NCBI GenBank assembly: GCA_038216175.1
Contig: JBBQQG010000001.1
Span: 10,033 to 74,032, forward strand
Source: Candidatus Saccharimonadales bacterium
Lineage (GTDB): Bacteria > Patescibacteriota > Saccharimonadia > Saccharimonadales > OMJO01
Direction of reading: 5' to 3'
Length of the DNA: 64,000 bases
The notes beneath the pieces are model-generated. The model saw only the letters and a program-made list of their open reading frames with translations. It was not told the DNA's origin and made no database searches. How positions within the stretch are numbered: the first letter of the stretch is position 1; each line of letters begins with the position of its first letter. Position numbers and translations under genes: made by a program. This document shows, one piece after another, positions 1 to 8,911 of the stretch.

Positions 1-362
1 CTGGAAACTGGAGTGTATCTTGTTGGAATAATAGCTACCCAGGAATGTCGATAGTCAGTAGTACCAAAGTTGATTCATCTAATACAGTATTAATTCTCTA
101 TTATAATTCAGGTTCAGGTGCTGCAGCCAAAGATTCATTTTTAGAAATTAATTATCGTGCAAGCAATGGTCAGCTCGTTACACAAAGAACTTATGGCAAT
201 CAGAATAACTACTCATTTAAAGAACTGTTCATGGGTTGGGTAGACGGTCAAGCATATTGGTCAGGAACAGGTATTAAAACCGGTACTCCATCAGAAACTG
301 AATTATCTAATGTCCGTGCATGGTCGACATCATTCATTCCTCAAGGTGGCCAAGGCGGTTAA
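1..362 (+). CDS. 3' end of a gene entering from upstream of the window (hypothetical, Gly/Ser/Asn/Thr-rich, possibly extracellular)
   Basis: The frame of the 45..362 ORF stays open back to nt 3, so the ATG at 45 is probably internal. No recognisable motif. Confidence 0.4.
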   Translation, partial: GNWSVSCWNNSYPGMSIVSSTKVDSSNTVLILYYNSGSGAAAKDSFLEINYRASNGQLVTQRTYGNQNNYSFKELFMGWVDGQAYWSGTGIKTGTPSETELSNVRAWSTSFIPQGGQGG

Positions 363-477
363 TTTATAGCAGCATTAAAATAATTACGCTCACGTTTGTA
401 TTATTTAGACGACTATTCACGATAAAAATTAAAAACTTTTTTACTTATATTTGTTAGCACTGCTTCTAATAGTTAAA

Positions 478-1080
478 TTACTTTAGAACTTTATAACGTA
501 TGTGAGTTACCAGTTTACTGCCACTTACTGAGGAAGGTTCAAGCTTAAGATTTGGTACATTTTCAAAAAGACGGGCGCCAGCTCCGATTGTTACCGGAAC
601 AATGTGAAGCCATAGTTCGTCGATAAGGCCTGCTAATAAATACTGGTTAACTGTATTTGCGCCGCCGGCAATCGATATCTTCCGGTTGCCGGTCGCAGTA
701 ACTGCTTTCGAATATGCAGAATCGATACCGTCTGTTACAAAATGAAAAGTTGTGCCTCCGTCCATGACAATCGGGTCTCGCTTATTATTAGTCAACACAA
801 ATACAGGCGCATGATAAGGTGGATTATCGCCCCACCATCCCCTCCAATCTAGATTATTCTGTTTGTCTTTAGTACAAAACATATTATTTCCCATTATATA
901 GGCACCAGCATCGGTTAAGGCAGCTATTTCGGACTTATGTTTTTCAGGTTCATCAAACATCCAGCGGTGCAAAAGGTTTTTAGGCATTTCGCCAAATGGT
1001 TTTTCAAAGCTTTGATTTAAACCTGCCACGTAGCCGTCTATCGAAACTGCTATTCCACATGTAACTTTTACTTTGCTCAT
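478..1080 (-). CDS. dihydrofolate reductase-family protein (RibD C-terminal domain type)
   Basis: MSKVKVTCGIAVSIDGYVAG...ISIAGGANTVNQYLLAGLIDELWLHIVPV matches the RibD_C/DHFR-like reductase family. I chose the internal ATG at 1080 (MSKVKV) over the ORF-track start at 1143. Confidence 0.7.
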   Translation of the reverse strand: MSKVKVTCGIAVSIDGYVAGLNQSFEKPFGEMPKNLLHRWMFDEPEKHKSEIAALTDAGAYIMGNNMFCTKDKQNNLDWRGWWGDNPPYHAPVFVLTNNKRDPIVMDGGTTFHFVTDGIDSAYSKAVTATGNRKISIAGGANTVNQYLLAGLIDELWLHIVPVTIGAGARLFENVPNLKLEPSSVSGSKLVTHIRYKVLK

Positions 1081-1245
1081 ATCTAAATATGTTACTAGAA
1101 TCTTTTGATTAAATATACCTGCTAGTTGGTAGGTGTAAAACAATTAATATTAATTGAATCATATTTTCTTCTCATGTAAAAAAATTATTTCTGCATTTTA
1201 AAACGTTAAGTTACTTTTAAAAAACGACGGAGTTAACAGCTAATT

Positions 1246-1704
1246 TTACTTTGATAAATATTCTCTCACACCTTCTAACCAGCCGCCGTTGAAATACTCC
1301 TCAGGATTAAACGTATCTATATCTACCCACTTCATTTGGTCGTGGTGCTGACCCAGTGCTATGTCGCCTCCAATATACTCTGCAGCATATCCAACTCCGA
1401 AGATTCGTACTTTCTGACCGGCAAGATCGTGTTCTTGTCGCTCTACTTTAAAAAATACTTGAGGAGATCCTAGATTATAGCTTACTTGAGATCCAAGTTC
1501 TTCGCGTACCTTGCGATCTATTGTAGTCTCCATAGGACTGCTAAATTCATCTTTTCGTATACGTCCTCCAGGTAAATCCCAGTCGCCGTAAATATCATGA
1601 GTTATAAGTAATTTGCCGCCATTTCGTAAAAATAATTTTACGGCAACAAAATATAAATCTTTTTCAAATAAATTAGTTTGTGCTTCTGGTACATTTTTCT
1701 CCAT
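1246..1704 (-). CDS. NUDIX hydrolase
   Basis: Nudix box GGRIRKDEFSSPMETTIDRKVREELG (GX5EX7REUXEEXGU pattern). Confidence 0.8.
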   Translation of the reverse strand: MEKNVPEAQTNLFEKDLYFVAVKLFLRNGGKLLITHDIYGDWDLPGGRIRKDEFSSPMETTIDRKVREELGSQVSYNLGSPQVFFKVERQEHDLAGQKVRIFGVGYAAEYIGGDIALGQHHDQMKWVDIDTFNPEEYFNGGWLEGVREYLSK

Positions 1705-1757
1705 ATCCTTAATATGTCACATCGATTTAACTAGTGCAAACGTAGGTAAGTATTAAA

Positions 1758-2042
1758 ATGTAATATTTTGGGTATACAATTTTTCGACTTAGATTTCAAA
1801 AGAGTTTTAATCTGCAATTCACAAATCTTTCGGCTGGTCAAAAACAGTTCTTAGAAGATACTATCGAACTATTTAGTGATAATCCATATGACGATAGTAT
1901 GCGCAATCACCCACTAAAAAAAGAGTGGAAAGGCTATCGCTCAATTACAGTTGACGCCGATTTACGTTTGCATTTTAAAATACTTATTGATAATACCGCT
2001 TTATTTGTTGCAGTTGGAAATCACGATCAGCTTTATAAATGA
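1758..2042 (+). pseudogene. RelE/ParE-superfamily toxin remnant with an in-frame TAA at codon 2
   Basis: Hand translation: ATG(1758) TAA(1761), then an open frame YFGYTIFRLRFQKSFNLQFTNLSAGQKQFLEDTIELFSDNPYDDSMRNHPLKKEWKGYRSITVDADLRLHFKILIDNTALFVAVGNHDQLYK, ending at TGA 2040-2042. The layout is the same as the intact toxin at 2170..2436. There is no other in-frame ATG/GTG/TTG before the Met at DDSM. Confidence 0.6.
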
Positions 2043-2169
2043 GGTTCCAGGCCAGACTACGCCTCTTATCTGTGGTGCAGTGCGTGTCCCGTGATTGGAA
2101 CTGCCTATTATCAAGTACACTACGATTATCTAAAAGGTTAGAGGAATTAGGGTACGTATATTCAGAATT

Positions 2170-2436
2170 CTAGTAAACCTGATTGTGTGTACCAATATCG
2201 ATAAAGATTATCTTTTCTTGAAGTTCAACGTATATGACACGAATATTGCCAGTTATAGAAAAGGCTCGTCTGCCTTGCATATCTCCTTCAAGAGCATGAT
2301 CATTCAAGGGCACACCACGCCGCCCTTCAATAAACAGATTCAGACGTTTCTCATATTGAATTATCAGTTTTTGATCATTAGCAATTCGTTTTGCAAAGTT
2401 CTTAGTAAACGAGCGAAAGGGCTCAATTCGCTTCAC
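2170..2436 (-). CDS. type II toxin, RelE/ParE superfamily
   Basis: 88 aa with KRLNLFIEG...PLNDHALEGDMQGRRAFSITGNIRVIYVE...IIFIDIGTHNQVY, a typical RelE/YafQ-like architecture. It overlaps the upstream antitoxin gene by 14 nt. Confidence 0.75.
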   Translation of the reverse strand: MKRIEPFRSFTKNFAKRIANDQKLIIQYEKRLNLFIEGRRGVPLNDHALEGDMQGRRAFSITGNIRVIYVELQEKIIFIDIGTHNQVY

Positions 2437-2725
2437 GCTGAAGGTATTCCATCATGCTTTTAGTATCAGTAAAGCTAGGGAGTTCACCTGAATCTGAAGC
2501 AGTTAAAGCCTCAGCAGTCCATTTGTTTAGACGGGTAGCCGCTTCGGCTGAAGGCTGGCCCCAATCATCGACTTCAAGATCTATACGACGTCCGTCTACA
2601 GTAGCTTTAATAATAACTCGTAAATACGCTTGCGCCGAGTCAAAACCGAGTTGCTTGGCCTTGATCGTAAACTCTTTACGAAGTTTTGGTTCTAGGGGTA
2701 TATGTATTGTAGATGTGTTACTCAT
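2423..2725 (-). CDS. type II antitoxin (RHH/RelB-DinJ-like N-terminus)
   Basis: 100 aa, located immediately upstream of the toxin and overlapping it. The N-terminal IHIPLEPKLRKEFTIKAKQLGFDSAQAYLRVII looks like a ribbon-helix-helix. Confidence 0.6.
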   Translation of the reverse strand: MSNTSTIHIPLEPKLRKEFTIKAKQLGFDSAQAYLRVIIKATVDGRRIDLEVDDWGQPSAEAATRLNKWTAEALTASDSGELPSFTDTKSMMEYLQREAN

Positions 2726-2876
2726 ACTGATAGGATATCAAAGAGTAATAATTATGTCAATACGAGACCTTCAAATTATAAAGTCAGAGGGATTGGAACC
2801 CCAAATAACAGACGAGTACGTATGAAAATCGCAGAACTAAATAGAGTTTGGAATCTTTTGTATCTGTTAATTTTAT

Positions 2877-2961
2877 TGGTGCAGGGTGAGGGATTCGAAC
2901 CCCCGAAGGCTGAGCCAGCTGATTTACAGTCAGCCGTGTTTGACCGCTTCACTAACCCTGC
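2877..2961 (-). tRNA. tRNA-Tyr (GTA), CCA encoded
   Basis: The reverse complement folds by hand: acceptor GCAGGGT/ACCCTGC, anticodon stem GCTGA/TCAGC with loop CTGTAAA, a long variable arm, T-loop TTCGAAT and 3' ACCA. Confidence 0.9.
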
Positions 2962-2967
2962 ATAATT

Positions 2968-3043
2968 TGGAGCCGACGGAGGGAGTCGAACCCACGACCC
3001 GCTGTTTACAAAACAGCCGCTCTGGCCACTGAGCTACGTCGGC
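2968..3043 (-). tRNA. tRNA-Thr (TGT), CCA encoded
   Basis: Reverse complement GCCGACGTAGCTCAGTGGCCAGAGCGGCTGTTTTGTAAACAGC...TTCGACT...CGTCGGCTCCA. Acceptor 7 bp, D-stem GCTC/GAGC, anticodon loop TTTGTAA, one U-U mismatch in the T stem. Confidence 0.85.
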
Positions 3044-3081
3044 ACATTTTTAAGTACCGTGGAAGTGTACCAAAACAGGGG

Positions 3082-3735
3082 TTAAATAACAACCCGTTTA
3101 GGACGAAGTACTCTTTTTGGTTTTCCAGCCGGCACAATTAATTTCTTTAGTTTTTCTTTAGTGATATCTGCTTCAGCCAGCATATCTAAACTTTCATAGG
3201 TGCGTATCAGCAAGTTATAGCTTTCATGGTTTGGTTCTAATTCTACCGCCTGTTCTAGCTCATGTAGCATCTTTTTATTATTGCCAAGTTTTTCTTGAAC
3301 TTTTGCATATGCAATATGTCTAGTAGCAAGACTGTCTTCTAGTTTAAGCGCTTGTTCAAAAGCTGTATCGGCTTTAGTATAGTTTTCGGTTTCATAATAT
3401 ATAAGACCTAAATTATGTAAACTTGACGCTGTTGGCTCAATACTGCTGGCGATTTCGAAACAATCTATTGCGTCCTTATATTCTTTTTGTTTGGCATATA
3501 AGATACCGAGCCTATTGTATGCAGCTGCATTCTTTTGATCAATTTTAAGTATTGTTAACAGGGCTTTTTCAGCTCTTAAAAATCTGTTTTCTCGCATACC
3601 TTGGTGTGCAATGTCCCAAAGTTTGCCTAGTTTATCACTAATTTTTCTAGGGACAACCGAGGCTTCCTGATCACTGACTACGCTGCTTCTGAGTACCAAT
3701 ATAGAAAAAGCGAGCACGAGTAAAAGTTCATACAT
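3082..3735 (-). CDS. tetratricopeptide (TPR) repeat protein with N-terminal membrane anchor
   Basis: Repeated A..YN.LG.LY....Y..A...FE.A TPR consensus units, plus a hydrophobic N-terminus. Confidence 0.75.
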   Translation of the reverse strand: MYELLLVLAFSILVLRSSVVSDQEASVVPRKISDKLGKLWDIAHQGMRENRFLRAEKALLTILKIDQKNAAAYNRLGILYAKQKEYKDAIDCFEIASSIEPTASSLHNLGLIYYETENYTKADTAFEQALKLEDSLATRHIAYAKVQEKLGNNKKMLHELEQAVELEPNHESYNLLIRTYESLDMLAEADITKEKLKKLIVPAGKPKRVLRPKRVVI

Positions 3736-3765
3736 ACATTACTATTATAACACGACCTATTTTTC

Positions 3766-4650
3766 TTAAATATTTAACATTAGATCTGTTAAAACTAATT
3801 TTGTGCTTACCGAATTTAAAAGCCCTAACTGGGCTGTTTGTATTTCGCTAAGAATTTTATACCATCTTTTGATATCTTTTTTGTTATTTCTATCTGCTGA
3901 TTGTGAGAGTCCTGCATTTGCTATTTGTTTAAGTGAATAGACTAAATTTTCAATGTTTTGCTTATCTTTTAAAATTTCAGATAAACTTATTAATTTATCG
4001 TAGGTGGACATTGCTAATATTTTTCTAGCTTGTTCTATTTGAATCAATATCGGATGATTATTATCACCGTTTAAAATAGACGACATAACTCCAACTGCAC
4101 CGTTGGATATTGTATATGCCTTGGTAATTTGTGCATCGTCGTTATTAAAAAATACAATCGTTTGTTCTAAGCTGGGTATTAATATATCTACTTCTTGGAC
4201 GCGCGAATATATAGTCGGCAGTAACTTATCTGATTTTTCGGCAGTTAATATTAACATTGTGTCTGTTGGTGGCTCTTCCAGTGTTTTTAAAAGCGCATTC
4301 TGAGCGGCAATAGTTAGGTTGTGCGCATCTTCAATTATTATTAAACGTCTAATCGCGCCCTTACCGGTAGTTTTAAGCTGTAAAAATGTTGTAAGTCGTC
4401 TGATATCATCAATACCAATTGTTTTACTATCTTTTGGAGCAGCTATTGTCAGAAAATACGGATATGATTCTAGCTGTTTTTCGTTTTTACCTAATATTTC
4501 TCTTGTTATAAATTTAGCCAGCGTATATTTGCCTATTCCTGTTTTTCCGCTAAGTAAAACCGCGTGATTTTTTTTGTTAATAATTGAATCTAGTTCGAGT
4601 TTTGTTTTTGGATGAAACAATATATCAGTCATTTTCTGTAACAAGTTCAT
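3766..4650 (-). CDS. holB: DNA polymerase III subunit delta'
   Basis: P-loop LLSGKTGIGKYTLA, then AAQNALLKTLEEPP and SRVQ motifs. The start may be the ATG at 4632, which would reduce the overlap with the upstream gene. Confidence 0.75.
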   Translation of the reverse strand: MNLLQKMTDILFHPKTKLELDSIINKKNHAVLLSGKTGIGKYTLAKFITREILGKNEKQLESYPYFLTIAAPKDSKTIGIDDIRRLTTFLQLKTTGKGAIRRLIIIEDAHNLTIAAQNALLKTLEEPPTDTMLILTAEKSDKLLPTIYSRVQEVDILIPSLEQTIVFFNNDDAQITKAYTISNGAVGVMSSILNGDNNHPILIQIEQARKILAMSTYDKLISLSEILKDKQNIENLVYSLKQIANAGLSQSADRNNKKDIKRWYKILSEIQTAQLGLLNSVSTKLVLTDLMLNI

Positions 4651-5491
4651 TAAATTCTTTAGGCATTTCTACATTGAACACTTTTCGTTGTCTATTTGGC
4701 AATGTCAGCTCTAAAGTTTCGGCATGTAAATATAGTCTGTCTGCACTAGGACCATCATAGAGCGTATCGCCAACTATTGGGTGGTGCTGCTGTTTTAAAT
4801 GGACTCGTAATTGGTGCGTTCTGCCAGTTTTAGGCGATAATTTAACTAAATCATAAAAAGGGCCGCTTTTTATTACTTGGTATTCTGTCGTAGCTGGTTT
4901 ACCGTTTAAACCAGTCCTAAAGGTTTTAGGGTTCCTGGGATGGCGTTCAATCGGCATATCGATTATCGCTTGTTTTGGATTTAAGTGTCCGTCAATAACG
5001 GCATAATAGGTTTTTTTAACTCTTCTTTGTGAGAATTGTTTTTGTAGCCACGACATGGCATTTTGGTTTTTGGCGCATATAATTACACCGGACGTAGCTC
5101 GATCTAACCTGTGTACTATGCCAGCGCGTTCTCCAGTAAGATCAATTAGCATATCTTCTATAAAAGTAGCTACTGTAGCTTCTGGATTAAATGCACCCTT
5201 ACTGTGCGTTAGTATGCCAGCTGGTTTATTAAGGACAATACAATCGTCGTCTTGATAGATAATATCTAATATAATTTTAGGAATTATATTTGCAGATTGT
5301 TCGTCGTAATCTACGATTATTTTATCGTTAATACTTAATTTATATTTCGTTTTTTCAGTGTTGCCGTTTACTTTCACACTGCCATTTTCAATCAGTTTTT
5401 GGACTGATGATCGGCTAAGATTATCAATTTTACCGGCTAAAAACATATCAAGTCTTAGACGATCGTCGTTATCGACTATATAGCATTGCAT
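4625..5491 (-). CDS. rluD: RluA-family 23S rRNA pseudouridine synthase (RluD-like, N-terminal S4 domain)
   Basis: Catalytic HRLDRATSGVIICAKN motif and an S4-like N-terminus (RLDMFLAGKI...SRSSVQKLIENGSVKVNG). Confidence 0.8.
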   Translation of the reverse strand: MQCYIVDNDDRLRLDMFLAGKIDNLSRSSVQKLIENGSVKVNGNTEKTKYKLSINDKIIVDYDEQSANIIPKIILDIIYQDDDCIVLNKPAGILTHSKGAFNPEATVATFIEDMLIDLTGERAGIVHRLDRATSGVIICAKNQNAMSWLQKQFSQRRVKKTYYAVIDGHLNPKQAIIDMPIERHPRNPKTFRTGLNGKPATTEYQVIKSGPFYDLVKLSPKTGRTHQLRVHLKQQHHPIVGDTLYDGPSADRLYLHAETLELTLPNRQRKVFNVEMPKEFNELVTEND

Positions 5492-6519
5492 TACTGTCTG
5501 AGACCAACAGCTTTTTGAACGTCTAAAAGTTTTTTATTAGCAATTTCATTTACTTGTTTTTCGTCTGACTCTAACTTAGTTTTTAATTCGTTTTCATCTA
5601 TCGCTGATAGTTTTGACTGAAAGTCAGCTAGAAACTGTTTAACCAGCTCGGCAACTGATTGTTTTAAGTCGCCGTAACTCGTTTTATCTATCCAAGTTGA
5701 TATTTCATCGTCTAGCGATACGTTTTTAAGAAGCGCTGAAATTTGAATGAGGTTGCTGATGCCCGGTTGATTTTTTGGATCGTAGTTAATTTTGCCGACT
5801 GAATCGGTTGTGGCGCTCATAACTTTTTTTACTGCTTCATCCGGTTCGTCGCTCATCAAAATTGTTCCATTGGGATCTTGAATAGATTTACTCATTTTAT
5901 TTTCCGGATTTCGCAAACTCTTAATTCTTATGCTAGATCTGTTAGTAAACTCAAGCTGTTTTTTCCATTCTTCGGGTACGGTAAAGATATCGCTAAATTT
6001 ATTATTAAATCTTATTGCTATATCTCTAGTTAATTCAAGGTGCTGCTGCTGGTCTTCGCCTAGCGGTACCCATTTAGCATCGTATAACAGAATGTCTGCG
6101 GCCATTAATATCGGATAGTTAAATTGACCGACGCTGACAGTGCTATCGCCGAATTTTTTTGATTTGTCTTTGAATTCGATCATTCTTGATGCTTCACCGA
6201 AATACGTAAAACAGTCGAGTATCCAGGCTAGTTCGCTATGCGCCGGGATAAAACTTTGGCGGTAGATAAAAGTATCGGAGTTATTAATATCTAGGCCGGC
6301 GGCTGCGAATACTTTTAGATTATTTAAAGTATTCTGATACAGCATAGTGTGATCGATAGGTGTTGTGAAACTATGAAGGTCAGGCACGAACATGTTAATT
6401 TGATAATCTGCCGAATGATTCTTTTGCAGCTTAACTATCGGCAGTATCGCTCCGAGATAATTGCCAATATGAATTTGATCATTCGATCTTAGACCGGTGA
6501 GAATTACAGGTTTACCCAT
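5491..6519 (-). CDS. trpS: tryptophan--tRNA ligase
   Basis: Class I HIGH-type motif (IHIGNYLG) and KMSKS. Size and overall sequence are typical of TrpRS. Confidence 0.9.
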   Translation of the reverse strand: MGKPVILTGLRSNDQIHIGNYLGAILPIVKLQKNHSADYQINMFVPDLHSFTTPIDHTMLYQNTLNNLKVFAAAGLDINNSDTFIYRQSFIPAHSELAWILDCFTYFGEASRMIEFKDKSKKFGDSTVSVGQFNYPILMAADILLYDAKWVPLGEDQQQHLELTRDIAIRFNNKFSDIFTVPEEWKKQLEFTNRSSIRIKSLRNPENKMSKSIQDPNGTILMSDEPDEAVKKVMSATTDSVGKINYDPKNQPGISNLIQISALLKNVSLDDEISTWIDKTSYGDLKQSVAELVKQFLADFQSKLSAIDENELKTKLESDEKQVNEIANKKLLDVQKAVGLRQ

Positions 6520-6668
6520 TTAGTTTATTGTACCATTTTAGCTGAGACTGGTGCGTTAAATGTTGATCGAGCTTATTTATAGGTATTCTATTGATGCTAA
6601 AAATTAACGATATTCTATATAGCCGTTAGCTTGTTTGCTGATCATCTAAAATTAGACAGTAACGAAGA

Positions 6669-7064
6669 TTATCGTTTGGTAAACTGGCGCTGTTTTCGAG
6701 CACCTCGCAAACCAAACTTCTTGCGTTCTTTTTCTCTTGGGTCACGGCCAAGTAGATCGGCTCGTTTTAGAGTGCTACGCAGGTCTTCATTCATAACGGC
6801 TAGTGCTTTGGCGATTCCAAGTCGTATCGCATCGGCTTGACCGGCATGGCCACCGCCGCTGACTACTATACTAACGTCGTATTTATTATCTAGTTCAAGT
6901 ACGTTAAATGGACGTCTGAGTTCGTTTAAGTATGCTTTGCTATTAACAAAGTAATCGTCGGCTGGTTGGCCGTTGATAACGATATTGCCTTTTCCGTTTA
7001 TCAGTCTGATACGGGCAGTAGCGCTTTTTCGTCGTCCTAATGCGTAAAAGTAGTTTGCAGCCAT
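6669..7064 (-). CDS. rpsI: 30S ribosomal protein S9
   Basis: GGGHAGQADAIRLGIAKAL and the basic C-terminal tail ...RKQRQFTKR. Sits downstream of rplM. Confidence 0.95.
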   Translation of the reverse strand: MAANYFYALGRRKSATARIRLINGKGNIVINGQPADDYFVNSKAYLNELRRPFNVLELDNKYDVSIVVSGGGHAGQADAIRLGIAKALAVMNEDLRSTLKRADLLGRDPREKERKKFGLRGARKQRQFTKR

Positions 7065-7507
7065 TATTTGTTACCTGCTGTTAGATCAATTGTCTCAGGT
7101 TTTTGAGCTTCATGCTTGTGTTCGGTACCTGGATATACTTTAAGTCTAAGCAGACGTCCGTCGCGAAGTTTATTCACAGGCAGCATACCTCTGATCGATT
7201 TAATAATTATTTGAGTTGAGTCTTTTGCCATTACATCCTTCATCTTAGCCTCTTTTAGTCCACCGGGATAATGGCTGTGCCGATAATACATTTTATCGTT
7301 TAACTTATTGCCAGTTGCAACTAATTTATCAGAATTGATAACTACTACAAAATCACCACAGTCGATATGGTGCGTAAACATCGGTTTGCCTTTTCCGGTT
7401 AATAAAGTAGCAACTCTAGTAGATAACCGGCCGAGTGGTATCTGAGATGCATCTACAACGTACCATTTTCGAACGACCTCAGTAGGCTTAGCACTATAAG
7501 TTTTCAT
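7064..7507 (-). CDS. rplM: 50S ribosomal protein L13
   Basis: KWYVVDA...LGRLST.VA.LL.GK motif. Forms the rplM-rpsI pair. Confidence 0.95.
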   Translation of the reverse strand: MKTYSAKPTEVVRKWYVVDASQIPLGRLSTRVATLLTGKGKPMFTHHIDCGDFVVVINSDKLVATGNKLNDKMYYRHSHYPGGLKEAKMKDVMAKDSTQIIIKSIRGMLPVNKLRDGRLLRLKVYPGTEHKHEAQKPETIDLTAGNK

Positions 7508-7944
7508 TATTTAGCCTCAGCCTTCTTTTTAACAGCCGTTTTTACTGGTTTTACTGTTTCCGGTTTGGCCACAGGCGCTTCTTTTAGATCATCGACAAAA
7601 CTGACTCTGGCAAGTTGAGTGTTATCACCACGACGAACTGTTGTTCTTTCAATCCGGAGATGGCCACTGACTCTGCCTTTTAGTTTTGGTGCAATCTCAT
7701 CAACAAGCTTATGGGCACTTTCAACTGTTTGAAGACCGCTTAATACTTGACGGCGGTTATGCAAATCGGCCTTTTTTGCTTTGGTTATCAGTCGTTCGAC
7801 GTATGGAACTACCTCTTTTGCTTTAAAAAGTGTTGTTTCAATCGATTCATATTTAATAAGTGAATCGGCTAGTCCCTGAATTAAAGCAGAGCGCTGGTCG
7901 CGCTGACGGTGGAATTTTCGACCCTGATATCCGTGACGGTGCAT
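7507..7944 (-). CDS. rplQ: 50S ribosomal protein L17
   Basis: MHRHGYQGRKFHRQRDQRSAL N-terminus. Sits downstream of rpoA. Confidence 0.95.
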   Translation of the reverse strand: MHRHGYQGRKFHRQRDQRSALIQGLADSLIKYESIETTLFKAKEVVPYVERLITKAKKADLHNRRQVLSGLQTVESAHKLVDEIAPKLKGRVSGHLRIERTTVRRGDNTQLARVSFVDDLKEAPVAKPETVKPVKTAVKKKAEAK

Positions 7945-7947
7945 TGT

Positions 7948-8889
7948 TTAAAGCTCCAACTCCGCCATTTTTTCTTTAACTTCATCAAGTGCTTTTGACC
8001 CAAAACCTTTAAGTTCTCTAAGTTCCGAGTCACCAAGACTAAATAGGTCTTTAAGCGTGTGAATTTCGTTGTTAATTAGGGCATTGGTGGTTCTTGCTGA
8101 CAAGTTAAGATCTTCAATTGAGGTATTTAGCTCAGTTGTATCTTCGCTGTCGCTGCCAATTCCGTCGTCAGCTTTATTGCCGATCGGTGCGGCGACTTCA
8201 ACTCTGGTCTGCCCGGCAAGTGCAGTATATTGGTTAACTAGGATCGCAGCCGCTTCTTCAAAAGCATCGTGCGGTGTTATTGATCCGTCGGTATCAATTG
8301 TAAGCAGCAGCTTGTCGAGATCTGTCATTTGACCGACACGAGTGTTTTCTACTTTATAACGTACTCGGATTACCGGACTAAAAATAGCATCGACTGCTAT
8401 CATGTCGCTGGCTTTTTTACTTGCTCCCTCTTCAATCGTTCTATATCCCCGGCCTGTTTCGACTGCAAGATCCATCGTGAATGTTTCTTTATCGTCTTCA
8501 ATTGTAGCGATAACATGCTCTGGATTAACTACTTCAACGTCAGCATTGCCTTGGATATCTTTTCCAGTAACTGTACCTTTACCTTTTTTAACAATTCTAA
8601 GAGTGTGGCTGTCGTCGCCGTAAATTTTAAACCTTAGTCCTTTAACAGCTAGCATTATGTCGACAACGTCTTCTTTTACGCCTTTTAAGGTAGTAAATTC
8701 ATGGCTGGCGCCGTCGATTTTAAAAGCCGTTACGGCTGCACCGGCGATACTTGATAAAAGCACACGTCTTAAACTATTGCCTAGCGTATTGCCGTAGCCA
8801 GTATGAAGAGGTTCAATAGCGAACGTAGCACTTTGGGGTGAGTGCTCATCGATATTGACTAGTCCCGGTGTGTGAATAATTTTTGACAT
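7948..8889 (-). CDS. rpoA: DNA-directed RNA polymerase subunit alpha
   Basis: NTD (GNTLGNSLRRVLLSS) and CTD (LNLSARTTNALINNEIHTLKDL) motifs, plus operon position. Confidence 0.95.
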   Translation of the reverse strand: MSKIIHTPGLVNIDEHSPQSATFAIEPLHTGYGNTLGNSLRRVLLSSIAGAAVTAFKIDGASHEFTTLKGVKEDVVDIMLAVKGLRFKIYGDDSHTLRIVKKGKGTVTGKDIQGNADVEVVNPEHVIATIEDDKETFTMDLAVETGRGYRTIEEGASKKASDMIAVDAIFSPVIRVRYKVENTRVGQMTDLDKLLLTIDTDGSITPHDAFEEAAAILVNQYTALAGQTRVEVAAPIGNKADDGIGSDSEDTTELNTSIEDLNLSARTTNALINNEIHTLKDLFSLGDSELRELKGFGSKALDEVKEKMAELEL

Positions 8890-8911
8890 AATAATTTCCT
8901 TTGCCTCCCTG

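Noticed and set aside
2185-2825. Plus-strand ORFs 2185..2463, 2454..2825 and 2702..2965 overlapping the TA pair and tRNA-Tyr.
   Set aside because: They are antisense to the toxin-antitoxin genes or run through a tRNA gene, and show no motifs.
6520-6668. Possible T-box riboswitch leader upstream of trpS.
   Set aside because: Only a TGGTAC fragment resembles the T-box core. The gap of about 150 nt is too short for a stem I/specifier/antiterminator architecture, and I could not find a Trp specifier context.
8329-8637. Plus-strand ORFs antisense to the ribosomal/RNAP/EF genes. Examples: 8069..8332, 8329..8637, 13189..13455, 16259..16561, 18306..18596, 29420..29815, 35302..35739, 37518..37856, 42364..42642, 45416..45832.
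   Set aside because: Each lies fully inside a confidently identified gene on the opposite strand. Their translations are low-complexity Ser/Leu/Phe-rich, and none has an SD or a recognisable motif. They are typical shadow ORFs.
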